Below, in pieces: positions 39,701-46,108 of a stretch of DNA of 64,000 nt. Origin of the DNA: Minisyncoccota bacterium (lineage in GTDB: Bacteria > Patescibacteriota > Minisyncoccia > Phycocordibacterales > Phycocordibacteraceae); NCBI GenBank assembly GCA_022842945.1, contig JALHOO010000001.1:24847-88846 (forward strand), in the 5' to 3' direction. Position numbers and translations under genes: made by a program. How positions within the stretch are numbered: the first letter of the stretch is position 1; every line of letters begins with the position of its first letter. The notes beneath the pieces were generated by a model. It did no database searches and was not told the DNA's origin. It saw only the letters and a list, made by a program, of their open reading frames with translations.

Positions 39701-40313
39701 TGCAGACCTCTACAAGATGGCTAACTACGCTCTAACGGGCATGCAGGCTCTTGCAGAGCGTACGGATCTCATACTGGAACAGCTCGACACTATCGACAGC
39801 CGTCTTGCGGCACTTGAGCTCTCTCAGTCCGCAGAGCCAGGGTTCTTGGGAATCTCTCCTGCTATGTTCACGAGCCTCCTTGCAGGAGTAGGTATTGTGT
39901 TTGAAGAGGGAATGACGTCCATCGAGAAGCTTGTGGCTGAGAGACTCACCGTGGGTAGCGTGGAGAAGCCTACCGGTATTACCCTCTATGACGAGGAAAC
40001 AGGAGAGCCATACTGTCTCTCTATTGGTGGCGGATCTCAGAATATAACGGAGGGCGAGTGTGAGATTGCTACACCAACAACTCCTCAGACACCGCCAACC
40101 CCGCTACCGCCCCCAACAGACCCTGTTGTGGAAGATGAGGAGACGCCAACACCTCCAGAAGGTGAGGAGGGAGGTCTAGACCCGGTGTTCCCAACACCAG
40201 ATCAGACAGATACAGGCTCAGATTCTGAGCCGACTCCTGAGCCAGAACCGGCCCCTGCTCCGGAGCCAGAGCCAGCACCGGCTCCAGAGCCTGCTCCAAC
40301 CCCAACCGTGTAG
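27702..40313 (+). CDS. Giant (4,203 aa) fibre/adhesin-like protein: HTH, TM, pentapeptide repeats, ~30 GNVGIG modules, S74 autochaperone, Pro/Glu tail
   Basis: Uninterrupted ORF with TTG start; HTH at the N-terminus; TM near 28074-28142; SDANLK...GFIAQ...AIKEL at 39222-39475. Confidence 0.9.
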   Translation: MNALLQKNFISTKEASLLSGYNADYLSRLCREKRIAGSQIGRTWLIERASLESFMESQVDRKIEFAESLARERGLEYRKANSPSARITRVTDNLEERMRVVAESVFTALSVVTMPREVSVFGSRAVALGLTALVLAGSVTLAGSGVVSRTGEALLASAFDARSFVLARASHIGLVAQEKSEALILASREEVQKVDTTLAYALDERVETLPLEVSKNLAQEHPSVEVSKVAYGRAHEIYSRYPAVLSSAEIAANVSYAVTHPEETLTAVAHGVLHGYRTIGVFALNDIESVLALHLRMVEAGGEGLFSASVSIRDTAYRAPLAVGNVFVDGSETVMSLYEDGVYAYVETIAVVPETIVGAVYQIGNTSGAVLATGIQLAPGAYEEGVLAFAETSSSVATLVANGSYAFGKGANEQVSGLTQAQDRVIGQGVASVRLALAGLSGRATQMAAVIESGPSAASNEALRFAGDITLRIENTGTQMLSASPLASIDFDRFIPGFLKNVTAVIAHAVGSAFHGVFGPLAGFFGASEEVGLAVIPNEGTLSSGDAEAGVPGDTINYNGPVTIIRNEYPTANYGGVPQSYVDDRLDFLRRTLYNRIEDVAGDRTFRGDINDSRIVDSTINDSSFSNGVIENSQITGGTIVGSALNVATTTITGSLTVDGDLSVSGSVSQNSTTTNFYATNGTIENILGTNATITNATSTNFYATLATILDGFFTNLTATLANITTAVIANLTATDAVFTNATSTNATSTNLFASNLTATSATSTNLFVTSARITTGIIDALTSPLANITTAIIANLTATNASITNATTTNATSTGSLALTYVTPSRLLSVGASGVVGSADLSSWIAGTLNQLTVTDNGIGGITLSLPSTIVIGSSQPTTIASNGATSTFGGGLQATFVEGVQYIAGPYVLATSTTATSAFSGNIAVGRNTTLGTTAADFLTVNSSISSNLIPSANNTYDLGSVGNNWNRIYVDEVVANNISAASSSIAGTVSESFTINSDNATADTEDSTLVFNRGSASPNALITWNSATDRFELNMPIFSADGIFTNATTTNLVATNVTVNGETFTDFTGTNLTNTGGALGLSASYAGQSSITTLGTITSGTWNGSTVGVPYGGTGATSLTGLLIGNGTGAFTATTLSSGIAGQISDETGTGSLVFSNSPTFTGTSVFADLTATNATTTSFFTSTLGLGSGNYFTSLLGNGLTNVGGTLTVSTTSLASGFFQQGGNSFGTTATLGTNDANNLALETGGSTRMTINTSGNVGIGTTTPAVRFSVYEGSSSIAAAFRGGGGPTVGIGSTVDGGRIQAYTNDSLVSVANISLQSAGGNVGIGTTTPASLLQVVSSGGFTTSAQTIASFVRNGSTASDAVVSIIAGNAAKSFLRFGDTDTEAMGIIKYDHALNALTFGTNGVQDLLNITSTGNVGIGTTSPFSPASIGRVLNIFNTTGLNAGINLSSGAEDFEVANVSGDLWFIDDNSTRMVIKNTTGNVGIGETAPGSRLSVSGGATIGASYDTTAAPTNGLLVEGSVGIGTTTPGNLLTVSGATPKIQINSVTGFPSLLFSDGGTTRYEIYSDAAGVLKFVEGGAGSRMVINSGNVGIGTTTPDTTLNVVKGAGKTWTTTAGTVALFERANSSGAAAYISVISGNTGLARLQLGDTDAEARGLVQYDNSSDALSLWTAGTQKLTVLAGGNVGIGTTTPGQTLSVAGTGLFSGLSTFMSGFNIGSETFTSLLGNGLTNVGGTLTVSTTSLASGFFQQGGNSFGTTATLGTNDSNNLALETGGSTRMTIDTSGNVGVGLTSPSDRFEVRAAGNDDGIRLQSSNGSNNLAWLHQQNTDAAILRMYDGGTENIRINSETSGASFFNAGNVGIGTTSPQASLHVAGASGALFGLQAGQVGTLGLTTASAGSPVSGRLTFGSDGTGWQFRIAQNVAGTVTDLFTVETGGNVGIGTTTPSALLSLASGTTAASGIAFGSDVNLYRHSANLLKTDDDITLGSGLYLSNTGEVYGTQLVNNVTGLNAAVAVTTTGVTITRNIADTNPALIVSQAHAGSTGDIMRLNNSAGTVLTVQRGGNVGIGTTSPLSKLHVNAGDITVTNSSANPAYYLGESDLLTAGTYGYMTWDRTSDLLQLGTQAAGPTITMSESGNVSIATTTSLGRLQIAKNSLYTNADGDAGIHILSNTGESALALGADDTNNLAFIQSVQSGVSYSTRPLSLNPNGGNVGIGTTGPGSRFHVEGGGVIINTVGGAGTSIGRHINIGTATPTDWRSYTGSTAAAIQMQNSATEGFVLVATVGATVPRTQFITTGGYEIQVGATVGGAGTTALQILSSGNVGIGTTSPTSLLNVSETGSNSATFGTAIPFRVSSTNSLNSNVHVGLGFERTNFSGEMKLSGVIDIISGTNSAGAENSSMRFGTLKAGTLTQHMIIDSTGNVGIGTTSPVSKLSVVGGAYLGGNVFIGDNQRGYFIGEVNDFSYGVSKSALGSSANLQFSAGSATPRMSITSTGNVGIGTTTPLGRVHILGSEGVVAHPPVGFASVADDLIISNNGSSGITLQGSNSGTNYIVFADAALGGNNWIAYEHANDALAFRVNNAERMRINSAGNVGIGTSTPFSKLSVTGAGTGTGRGFSVANSSNLDNFYVLDNGTTYTRGNITLPFQTNNFIGSASNNGLYFDGSGNYGMSVNSSIGGGIVFESDGGSTGSFFIGTGNEDPDSATKLVTVLQGGNVGIGSTAPLSAFQVGAAPTYNFAVTNPKANIISTNYDPTELTRGTLNLESSSRSAGNNSGLGPSLTFTQNTSQYVDGYEKVIGAIKAYITTNTNASANSSLGFYTHDVGSSLTEQMTINSSGNVGIGTTNPASHKLVVVGGNANTLRIDNAGEQYTSADFFNNGSSKATQYYDNTGSEFVSRTTVAANLGFDTNLTRRMTILSNGNVGIGTASPSYKFTVTESTANGIAGRFAASGTGTPFGVYATALGASTQNTAGYFQASGATTNIGVSADVVSGANNYAIYAGNTAKSYFAGSVGIGTNAPVTRLHVSSATSVATVPSAGASAGAGLLVSNVDSSYGLVAGSLTNGNGFLQSQRVDGLGTTYNLLLQPNGGNVGIGDSNPSRKLSVVGTDVNGNYADFKSASGAILAVGSTATAGRIQAYTNGYGGVAPLILNDAGGNVGIGDTTPDAKFEILQASDTSTQGLQISRSNDSDFMRMYMAAGVGTLSDTLIFSSAFAGDVAAIGRDGSAYFAGKVGIGTSSPDTNLSVVGNITGGTGTTMKITNLMAGTVASPEYATLAFNGYLAGPKATIQALEQTGNTWASQLTFTINDGSGASSMVERMRINGATGNVGIGTSTPSTLLETYRAAANNTLKIAIGGGTGHTYSPKLTLSRYAATDWSLSQPTGSYDFTIDQDGARRVTIQTSSGNVGIGTTSPYAKLSIVDGDGSADTTLALNNRFKFRGDGVMGWGSAAATGILSWDGSTAIVGSQASSDLAFITNGTSLSSERMRITTGGNVGIGTTTPTSALDVAGNVTTRGQHVFFGSTSNSAFALGLQFDSTYQGVSNVFRFRQGGSTAGGVAFSVYDAAPNLFLTAAGTVGIGTATAGSALTVAGNIETTNGANRSLILRSASNYSYSLQATSDDFQILEAGDAAKVRFHIDYPNGNVGIGTTAPGAKLTVVGDTWLNGITNGGTFNLALNAASGNGIIVSNGADASVTNNRRVVIGQSGTNGGLGLFYNNAGTIGVRLSGVTNDASYFNNGGNVGIGTTNPLNMLVVGGTQAGNAGFEIVPGSGIVAQSYNRTSSAYASLNFDGSSIGFRPNGSTMLTANTTGVLVANLVSCAGVQTNGSGLMSCTSDANLKDVQSAFTTGLSGLRGINPQTYTWKSGTDYFDGGVEYSGFIAQNVGANIPEAMNEGANGFKQISTTAILAASINAIKELDVRTLSLAPAAENQAAHTLAVSSDATIAGMLTVTGIGTFSDSLTAASILSNGSVTATSFLTETTDTLPSEVLTGGSADLYKMANYALTGMQALAERTDLILEQLDTIDSRLAALELSQSAEPGFLGISPAMFTSLLAGVGIVFEEGMTSIEKLVAERLTVGSVEKPTGITLYDEETGEPYCLSIGGGSQNITEGECEIATPTTPQTPPTPLPPPTDPVVEDEETPTPPEGEEGGLDPVFPTPDQTDTGSDSEPTPEPEPAPAPEPEPAPAPEPAPTPTV
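29724..30143 (+). repeat. 28 tandem pentapeptide units (TNATS/TNLTA type)
   Basis: Strict 5-residue register over 140 codons. Confidence 0.85.
31287..33083 (+). repeat. ~200-bp internal duplication (31287-31490 and 32880-33083)
   Basis: Both copies encode TSLLGNGLTNVGGTLTVSTTSLASGFFQQGGNSFGTTATLGTND.NNLALETGGSTRMTI.TSGNVG; differences are mostly synonymous. Confidence 0.92.
32481..38659 (+). repeat. Dispersed in-frame 14-nt repeat GGCAACGTCGGTAT (11 exact copies)
   Basis: Copies at 32481, 33291, 34353, 34683, 34983, 35493, 35862, 36480, 37932, 38196, 38646, plus 1-mismatch variants at 31959, 32766, 35205, 36231, 36987, 37185. Confidence 0.9.
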
Positions 40314-40384
40314 GTATGGCCAGAAGGGATGCACCCTTCCTGGAGGTGGTAAACTCATAGCTATATAAGGTAGCGCATATAGTC

Positions 40385-41392
40385 ATGGCCATTCGGGTAG
40401 CAATCAACGGGTTCGGAAGGATAGGAAGAGCATTTGTGCGTCAGACCTGGGACAACCCGGAGATTGAGCTCGTGGCAGTGAATGATCTTGGTTCTGCAGA
40501 GAATCTTGCATACCTTCTTCAGTTCGACACGGTATACGGACGCGCACCGTTTCCGGTTGCGTGGAAGGAGGGCGCACTCAACGTGAACGGAAAGGAGGTA
40601 CGGTTCCTCTCAGAGAGAGACCCAAGCTTGCTTCCATGGAAAGAGATTGGCGTGGATGTGGTTATTGAGGCAACGGGCTTCTTCACCAACTATGAGAAAG
40701 CGAATGCGCACATAGTGGCAGGTGCACGTCGTGTGGTTATAACAGGTCCCGTGAAAGAGGAGCATCCTCTGGGCGCCACTATCCTTATGGGACTCGACGA
40801 GTCGAAGATGGCAACGTGCCCAATTACGAGCAATGCGTCATGCACCACGAACTCCGCGTCTCCGGTTATTGCTATCCTTGACGAGACTATTGGTATTGAG
40901 AAGGCTATTCTCTCAACAACCCACGCGTACACTGGTACCCAGTCTATTGTGGACGGTCCGTCCAAAGACATGAAGGAGGGGAGGGCAGCTGCACAGAACA
41001 TCATTCCAACCTCAACAGGTTCTGCTATTGCCGTAACAAAAGCGTACCCTCTACTGACAGGAAAGTTCGACGGTATCTCTTTGCGTGTGCCCGTTCCTGC
41101 GGGCTCTATTGCGGATATTACGTTCATCGCAAAGCGTCCCACAACCGCTGAAGAGGTTAACGAGATCCTTCGAAAGGCTGCGAAAGAAGAGCGCTGGCAG
41201 GGCTTGTTCCAGGCTTCGGACGAGGAGTATGTATCAAGTGACATTGTGGGGCAGCGCTTTGCGTCTATTGCAGACCTTGGCATGACGCGCGTAGTTGATG
41301 GCACTCTTGTGAAAGTACTCGCCTGGTACGACAACGAGGCTGGGTATACCGCAACCCTTGTGCGTCACGCACTAAAGGCAGGATCCTTCTAG
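40385..41392 (+). CDS. gap: Type I glyceraldehyde-3-phosphate dehydrogenase
   Basis: INGFGRIGR, SNASCTTN, AWYDNE. Confidence 0.97.
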   Translation: MAIRVAINGFGRIGRAFVRQTWDNPEIELVAVNDLGSAENLAYLLQFDTVYGRAPFPVAWKEGALNVNGKEVRFLSERDPSLLPWKEIGVDVVIEATGFFTNYEKANAHIVAGARRVVITGPVKEEHPLGATILMGLDESKMATCPITSNASCTTNSASPVIAILDETIGIEKAILSTTHAYTGTQSIVDGPSKDMKEGRAAAQNIIPTSTGSAIAVTKAYPLLTGKFDGISLRVPVPAGSIADITFIAKRPTTAEEVNEILRKAAKEERWQGLFQASDEEYVSSDIVGQRFASIADLGMTRVVDGTLVKVLAWYDNEAGYTATLVRHALKAGSF

Positions 41393-41397
41393 TGTCT

Positions 41398-41886
41398 ATG
41401 AAGATCTTCATCGCAACTGATCACGCAGGGTTCCTTCTGAAGGAAGTGCTTGTAGCGTACATACGCGATGCACTTTCGTATGAGGTTGAGGACCTTGGTG
41501 CGTACACCCTTGAGCCCTCTGACGACTACCCGGACCTCATTAGGCCGTGCGCACTTAAGGTAGCGAACACACCCGGATCGCTCGGTATCGTTCTTGGAGC
41601 TTCAGGACAGGGTGAGGCAATAGCTGCCAATCGTGTGCCCCATGTGCGCGCCGCACTCTACTACGGACAGGCACACGCGGTAGGTGCCATTGACGCAGCC
41701 GGAGCCCCATCGCTTGATGGATACGACATCATACGACTTGCACGGGAGCACAACGACGCGAACATACTCGCGCTTGGGGCACGGTTCCTCACCGAAGAAG
41801 ATGCAAAAGAGGCTACACGCATATTCATTGAAGCTACCTTTACTGGGGACGAGCGACATGTGCGTCGGATTGCAAAACTGGCGTAG
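41398..41886 (+). CDS. rpiB: Ribose-5-phosphate isomerase B
   Basis: ATDHAG, DYPD, GASGQG, REHNDAN, RHVRRI; the usual CGTG Cys is absent; start is 41392 or 41398. Confidence 0.9.
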   Translation: MKIFIATDHAGFLLKEVLVAYIRDALSYEVEDLGAYTLEPSDDYPDLIRPCALKVANTPGSLGIVLGASGQGEAIAANRVPHVRAALYYGQAHAVGAIDAAGAPSLDGYDIIRLAREHNDANILALGARFLTEEDAKEATRIFIEATFTGDERHVRRIAKLA

Positions 41887-41909
41887 AGAAGGGGCTATAC
41901 TAGGAGGTA

Positions 41910-42632
41910 ATGGGAATCATCGTTCCGGCCATCATCCCAACCTCCCGTGAAGACCTTGAGAGAAAAGTCTCTCAGCTCCGGGGACTCTGCGAAGAGGTGC
42001 AGGTTGATATTGTAGACGGGAAGTATGCGAGGCCTGCGAGTTGGCCATACGCTACAGAAGCGGCAGAGCCGTCACGCATGCTCGCAGAAGGCGAGATGCT
42101 GCCGTATGCAGGCGAGATTGGGTTTGAGATAGATCTCATGAGTGCAGACCCGGAATCAGTTGCGGGTGTGTGGATTGAGCTTGGTGCAAAGCGTCTCACC
42201 ATTCATGCAGAGAGCACCCGGTATCTATCACGGTTCCTTGAAAGTGCCCGCACTATGTTTGGGCATGACGCAGGCTTCGCCTCGAACCTCCTGTCTCTCG
42301 GGCTTGCTATAGGTACGGAGACTGACCTCTCACTCATCGATCCTTTTATAGAGAAGATAGACTACGTACAGTTCATGGGAGTCCGCACCATAGGGCACCA
42401 AGGAGAACCCTTCTCTCCAGGAGTACTGTCCCGGATAGCGGTGTTTAGGAAGAAGTATCCGAACACACCCGTGCAGGTTGATGGCGGGGTTACGCTCGGG
42501 AATGCCCCCGCTCTTTTAGAGGCAGGGGTCTCGCGACTTGTTGTAGGGTCTGCTTTATGGAAAGCTCCTGATCTGGGTGCCCAGTACCGTGCGTTCGATG
42601 CGCTAACTGAGCAGTACGGTATCTACGGATAA
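41910..42632 (+). CDS. rpe: Ribulose-phosphate 3-epimerase
   Basis: QVDIVDG, IDLM, QFMG..IGHQGEPF, QVDGGV, LVVGS. Confidence 0.85.
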   Translation: MGIIVPAIIPTSREDLERKVSQLRGLCEEVQVDIVDGKYARPASWPYATEAAEPSRMLAEGEMLPYAGEIGFEIDLMSADPESVAGVWIELGAKRLTIHAESTRYLSRFLESARTMFGHDAGFASNLLSLGLAIGTETDLSLIDPFIEKIDYVQFMGVRTIGHQGEPFSPGVLSRIAVFRKKYPNTPVQVDGGVTLGNAPALLEAGVSRLVVGSALWKAPDLGAQYRAFDALTEQYGIYG

Positions 42633-42686
42633 GTAATACGATATACTGTCTACAATGATTCGCGCATGGTGTGGGATAGAGAAGCT

Positions 42687-43220
42687 ATGAACCGTGGATT
42701 CACGCTCATCGAGCTCCTGGTCGTAATAGCCATAATCGGCGTACTGTCGTCAGTGGTTCTGGCCTCTTTGAATACCGCACGTATGAAGGCACGTGATACA
42801 TCTCGCATCTCCCAGCTCGCACAGATACGTACAGCGCTCGAACTGTATTACTTGGATAATGGTTCCTATCCTCCTTCTGAATGCGGCCATGACTGCAACG
42901 GATACCGCTACAGCTACAACGCGACATCATGGAATACTCTTGCCGGGCAGCTTGCGCCGTATATGGGGCAACTACCTGTTGATCCTATAAACACGGGATG
43001 TGCTCCGTGGGGAGCAAACTGCTTCTCCTATGCGTACGGGAATGTTGGCAACAGTTCAGTTACTCCCCAGTATGACCTCACGGCACAGCTTGAGGACCCC
43101 GGCAGTGCCTATCGTTGCGGTGTACGGAACTACAGGTTTTATTTCAATGCGAGCCAGGCTTGGTGCACTGCGTTTGGGGGCTCGTACTCAAACCAAATAT
43201 ACGAAGCATCGCCTCTCTAA
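42687..43220 (+). CDS. Type IV pilin / GspG-like prepilin
   Basis: Class III signal RG/FTLIELLVVIAIIG; LPVDP; Cys-rich C-terminal domain; alternative start at 42666. Confidence 0.92.
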   Translation: MNRGFTLIELLVVIAIIGVLSSVVLASLNTARMKARDTSRISQLAQIRTALELYYLDNGSYPPSECGHDCNGYRYSYNATSWNTLAGQLAPYMGQLPVDPINTGCAPWGANCFSYAYGNVGNSSVTPQYDLTAQLEDPGSAYRCGVRNYRFYFNASQAWCTAFGGSYSNQIYEASPL

Positions 43221-43229
43221 CATATCCGT

Positions 43230-43475
43230 ATGACAAACGTTTCATTTAATGAAGAGCCTGTTTCGAACGCGTCGTATACAAGCATAAAGGAGTCTGTGTT
43301 TATACGCTCGGTGCTTGCAACGGGTATCGTGCGTACTCCGAAGCAGGCAGAGTATGTTCTGGTGGGGGTTGTGGTGCTTGCGATTATTCTGACCTTCGTG
43401 CTGTGGCCAAAGGGAAGACCAGCGCCAGATCTTAATGTGAATCCCGTGGCAGGACCTTCCGGAGCGGTGCGGTAG
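43230..43475 (+). CDS. Small single-pass membrane protein (81 aa), paralog 1 of 3
   Basis: VSFNEEP N-terminus, TM helix, Pro-rich tail. Confidence 0.75.
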   Translation: MTNVSFNEEPVSNASYTSIKESVFIRSVLATGIVRTPKQAEYVLVGVVVLAIILTFVLWPKGRPAPDLNVNPVAGPSGAVR

Positions 43476-43495
43476 CACATGCTATCTTTAGAGTA

Positions 43496-44353
43496 ATGGC
43501 TCTTACAGACACCGAGATACAGGCAATTGCCGCTACAGCAGAAGAGATACGCGAGACCATTCTCGACATGCTTGTGCAGGCTGGGAGCGGACACACTGCA
43601 GGTCCTCTCGGCATGAGCGACCTCATGGCCGCCCTCTATTTTCATGTTCTGAAGCACGACCCCAAGAATCCTTCCTGGGAGGAGCGGGACCGGTTCCTTC
43701 TTTCAAATGGACACACTGTGCCGGTGCAGTATGCCGCTATGGCGCATGCAGGGTATTTCCCCATTGAAGAGTGCCTAACACTCCGCACCTTCGGGTCCCG
43801 TCTTCAGGGACACCCCGAACGAGACCGTCTTCCGGGTCTTGAGACAACCTCAGGTCCTTTAGGATCAGGTTTGTCGCAGGCTGCCGGTATGGCGCTCGCG
43901 CTTCGTATGGACGGAAAGAAGAATCGTACGTTCGTTATGATGAGTGACGGAGAACAACAGGAAGGGAATATCTGGGAGGCCGTTATGTTTGCGGCAAAGT
44001 ATGAGCTGGGGAACCTTACGGCTCTCATGGACCGCAACTTCATTCAGATAGATGGCATGACCGAAGACGTGATGCCTCTTGATTCGCTCAAGGACAAGTA
44101 CGAGGCATTTGGCTGGCACGTTATAGAAGTGGATGGGCACAACATCGAAGCCATTATTGATGCCTGCGACCATGCACGTGCTATTGCGGAGAAGCCCACA
44201 CTTATCATTGCGCACACTATTCCGGGAAAGGGAGTGCCTGAGATTGAGTACGATTATCGTTGGCACGGAAAGCCGCCAACCAAAGAAGAGGCGGTACGGT
44301 TTATGAAGGAACTCAGAAATGGCGCAGGAAGAGTGCCAAATGAATACGCATAG
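43496..44353 (+). CDS. Transketolase, N-terminal subunit
   Basis: GSGH, RDRFLLSNGH, LQGHP, TSGPLGSG, SDGEQQEG. Confidence 0.95.
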   Translation: MALTDTEIQAIAATAEEIRETILDMLVQAGSGHTAGPLGMSDLMAALYFHVLKHDPKNPSWEERDRFLLSNGHTVPVQYAAMAHAGYFPIEECLTLRTFGSRLQGHPERDRLPGLETTSGPLGSGLSQAAGMALALRMDGKKNRTFVMMSDGEQQEGNIWEAVMFAAKYELGNLTALMDRNFIQIDGMTEDVMPLDSLKDKYEAFGWHVIEVDGHNIEAIIDACDHARAIAEKPTLIIAHTIPGKGVPEIEYDYRWHGKPPTKEEAVRFMKELRNGAGRVPNEYA

Positions 44354-44424
44354 AGACGGAAGCTGAATTCCTCTCATTACACTCGAGTTCATAGTCTACG
44401 TAAGACTTAAAAGCCCTCTGTGCA

Positions 44425-44464
44425 CAAAATGTTAATTACCTAGAACCCAAAATGTTAATTACCT
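44425..44464 (+). repeat. 17-bp direct repeat upstream of fic
   Basis: CAAAATGTTAATTACCT at 44425 and 44448 (23-bp period). Confidence 0.85.
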
Positions 44465-44525
44465 GAAATTAGAATATCCACAGTACCCTTTATTTACAGG
44501 TTTATATTTGATACAATGTTAAATA

Positions 44526-45725
44526 ATGGATTCAGAAACGGCAAATAAGCAAGCATTTAAGCCAATTGAACTCAGGCTTTACGAGCCTGATTGGGGCTCA
44601 GAACTGGCCACTATAATCCTTGAATTAGAGCAGTTGCGAGTTAAGCGGCTGGGTGGGCCCGTTCCTCCGTATATCTTTTTCCAGCTTAAGAATATTTTTC
44701 AGATGCTTGAGAGTCTCGGCTCAGCACGTATCGAGGGGAATAGAACTACGCTCTCGGAACTTGTTGAGAAAGCAATTGAAGAAAAAGGTGAACCGAAGGA
44801 TGGAGATTCTCAAATGAGAGAAATCGGGAATATTGAGGAGGCCATTACCTCCATAGAGAAGAATGTAGAACAGGGAACGCAGATAAATCGTGCTCTTATT
44901 TCTGAACTACATCGAATAGTTGTATCCAATCTTCCGTTACCTCCTAGCGGGGAAGGTTCTCAAAGTCCAGGAGAGTACCGGTCGATTCCGGTGACGATTC
45001 AAAAGTCAGAACATACACCCCCTGAACCAACCCAGGTTAATGACTATATGGAGGAACTGTACTCTTTTGTTAACACTCCCGTGGAGTCAAAGAATGATCT
45101 CTTGCTTACTGCTCTTGCTCACCATCGTGCCGCTTGGGTTCATCCATTCGATAATGGTAATGGGCGTGTTATCCGCATGTTTACCTACGCTCTTCTTATT
45201 AAGCAAGGCTTTGCGGTAGCTACCGGTCGAATCCTCAATCCTACAGCCATTTTCTGTAATGATCGTCAGCGATATTACGACATGCTTGCAAAGGCAGATA
45301 GTGGGGAGCGTGAAGGAGTACTTGAATGGTGTGAGTACGTGCTTAGCGGACTTCGAGATGAAATCAAGAAAATCGACCGATTGCTTGACCACAGTTATAT
45401 GATGGAGGAGATTCTTATCCCTGCCTTGAATTTTTCTTTGGACAGAAAGTTGATTACTGATCGTGAATACTCAATTCTTCTCGAGGTCATCACTAGCAAA
45501 GACATGGCTATCAAGTCTCAGGATTTGAAAGACACCATAGGTGACGTCTCTACCACGCACCGGTCTCGAATAATTCGTGACCTGAGGAATAAGGGTATGC
45601 TTATGCCGCTTAAAGAAAAGGGTCGGGTTTATACCATTGGTTTTATGAATAACTACTTGCTCCGAGGCGTTATGAAAGTGCTTGAGCAGGAAGGATTCGT
45701 TCCTCACTCACTCACTCAAAAGTAA
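44526..45725 (+). CDS. Fic-family protein (class II) with C-terminal wHTH-like region
   Basis: Catalytic HPFDNGNGRVIR; N-terminal inhibitory SARIEGN. Confidence 0.93.
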   Translation: MDSETANKQAFKPIELRLYEPDWGSELATIILELEQLRVKRLGGPVPPYIFFQLKNIFQMLESLGSARIEGNRTTLSELVEKAIEEKGEPKDGDSQMREIGNIEEAITSIEKNVEQGTQINRALISELHRIVVSNLPLPPSGEGSQSPGEYRSIPVTIQKSEHTPPEPTQVNDYMEELYSFVNTPVESKNDLLLTALAHHRAAWVHPFDNGNGRVIRMFTYALLIKQGFAVATGRILNPTAIFCNDRQRYYDMLAKADSGEREGVLEWCEYVLSGLRDEIKKIDRLLDHSYMMEEILIPALNFSLDRKLITDREYSILLEVITSKDMAIKSQDLKDTIGDVSTTHRSRIIRDLRNKGMLMPLKEKGRVYTIGFMNNYLLRGVMKVLEQEGFVPHSLTQK

Positions 45726-45820
45726 TCTCATACACACTTCGGATGCCCTATTCACGTTCTGTAGTTCGTGGACTGTTGGGTGCCAGTGGATGCATAGCGT
45801 ATACGATATACTTAGAATAT

Positions 45821-46099
45821 ATGAAACTGGTACGTAACGCAGATCTCCAGAAGAAGCTCCTCAGGAAGCCAGGCTTTAAGGAATCGTACGAAGGACTTGA
45901 GCTTGAATTCGCTCTTATCGATGCTCTTATACATGCGCGTACCGTGCAGGGAGTTACACAGGCACAGCTTGCCAAGAAGATAGGCACAAAACAGTCTGCG
46001 ATTGCACGCTTTGAGGCCGGAAATTCCAATCCCACGCTCGCGTTCATTCAGCGTCTTTCAGACGCTCTAAATATCCGGGTACAGGTGAGTGTGCGGTAG
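45821..46099 (+). CDS. XRE-family HTH protein (HigA-like antitoxin/regulator)
   Basis: LIHAR..QGVTQAQLAKKIGTKQSAIARFEAG.SNPT; TATACT at 45807. Confidence 0.88.
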   Translation: MKLVRNADLQKKLLRKPGFKESYEGLELEFALIDALIHARTVQGVTQAQLAKKIGTKQSAIARFEAGNSNPTLAFIQRLSDALNIRVQVSVR

Positions 46100-46108
46100 T
46101 ATCTATGT

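Noticed and set aside
26222-40313. Prophage, suggested by the excisionase-like HTH and tail-fibre/S74 domains
   Set aside because: No integrase, terminase, capsid or att repeats; flanked directly by gatB and gap
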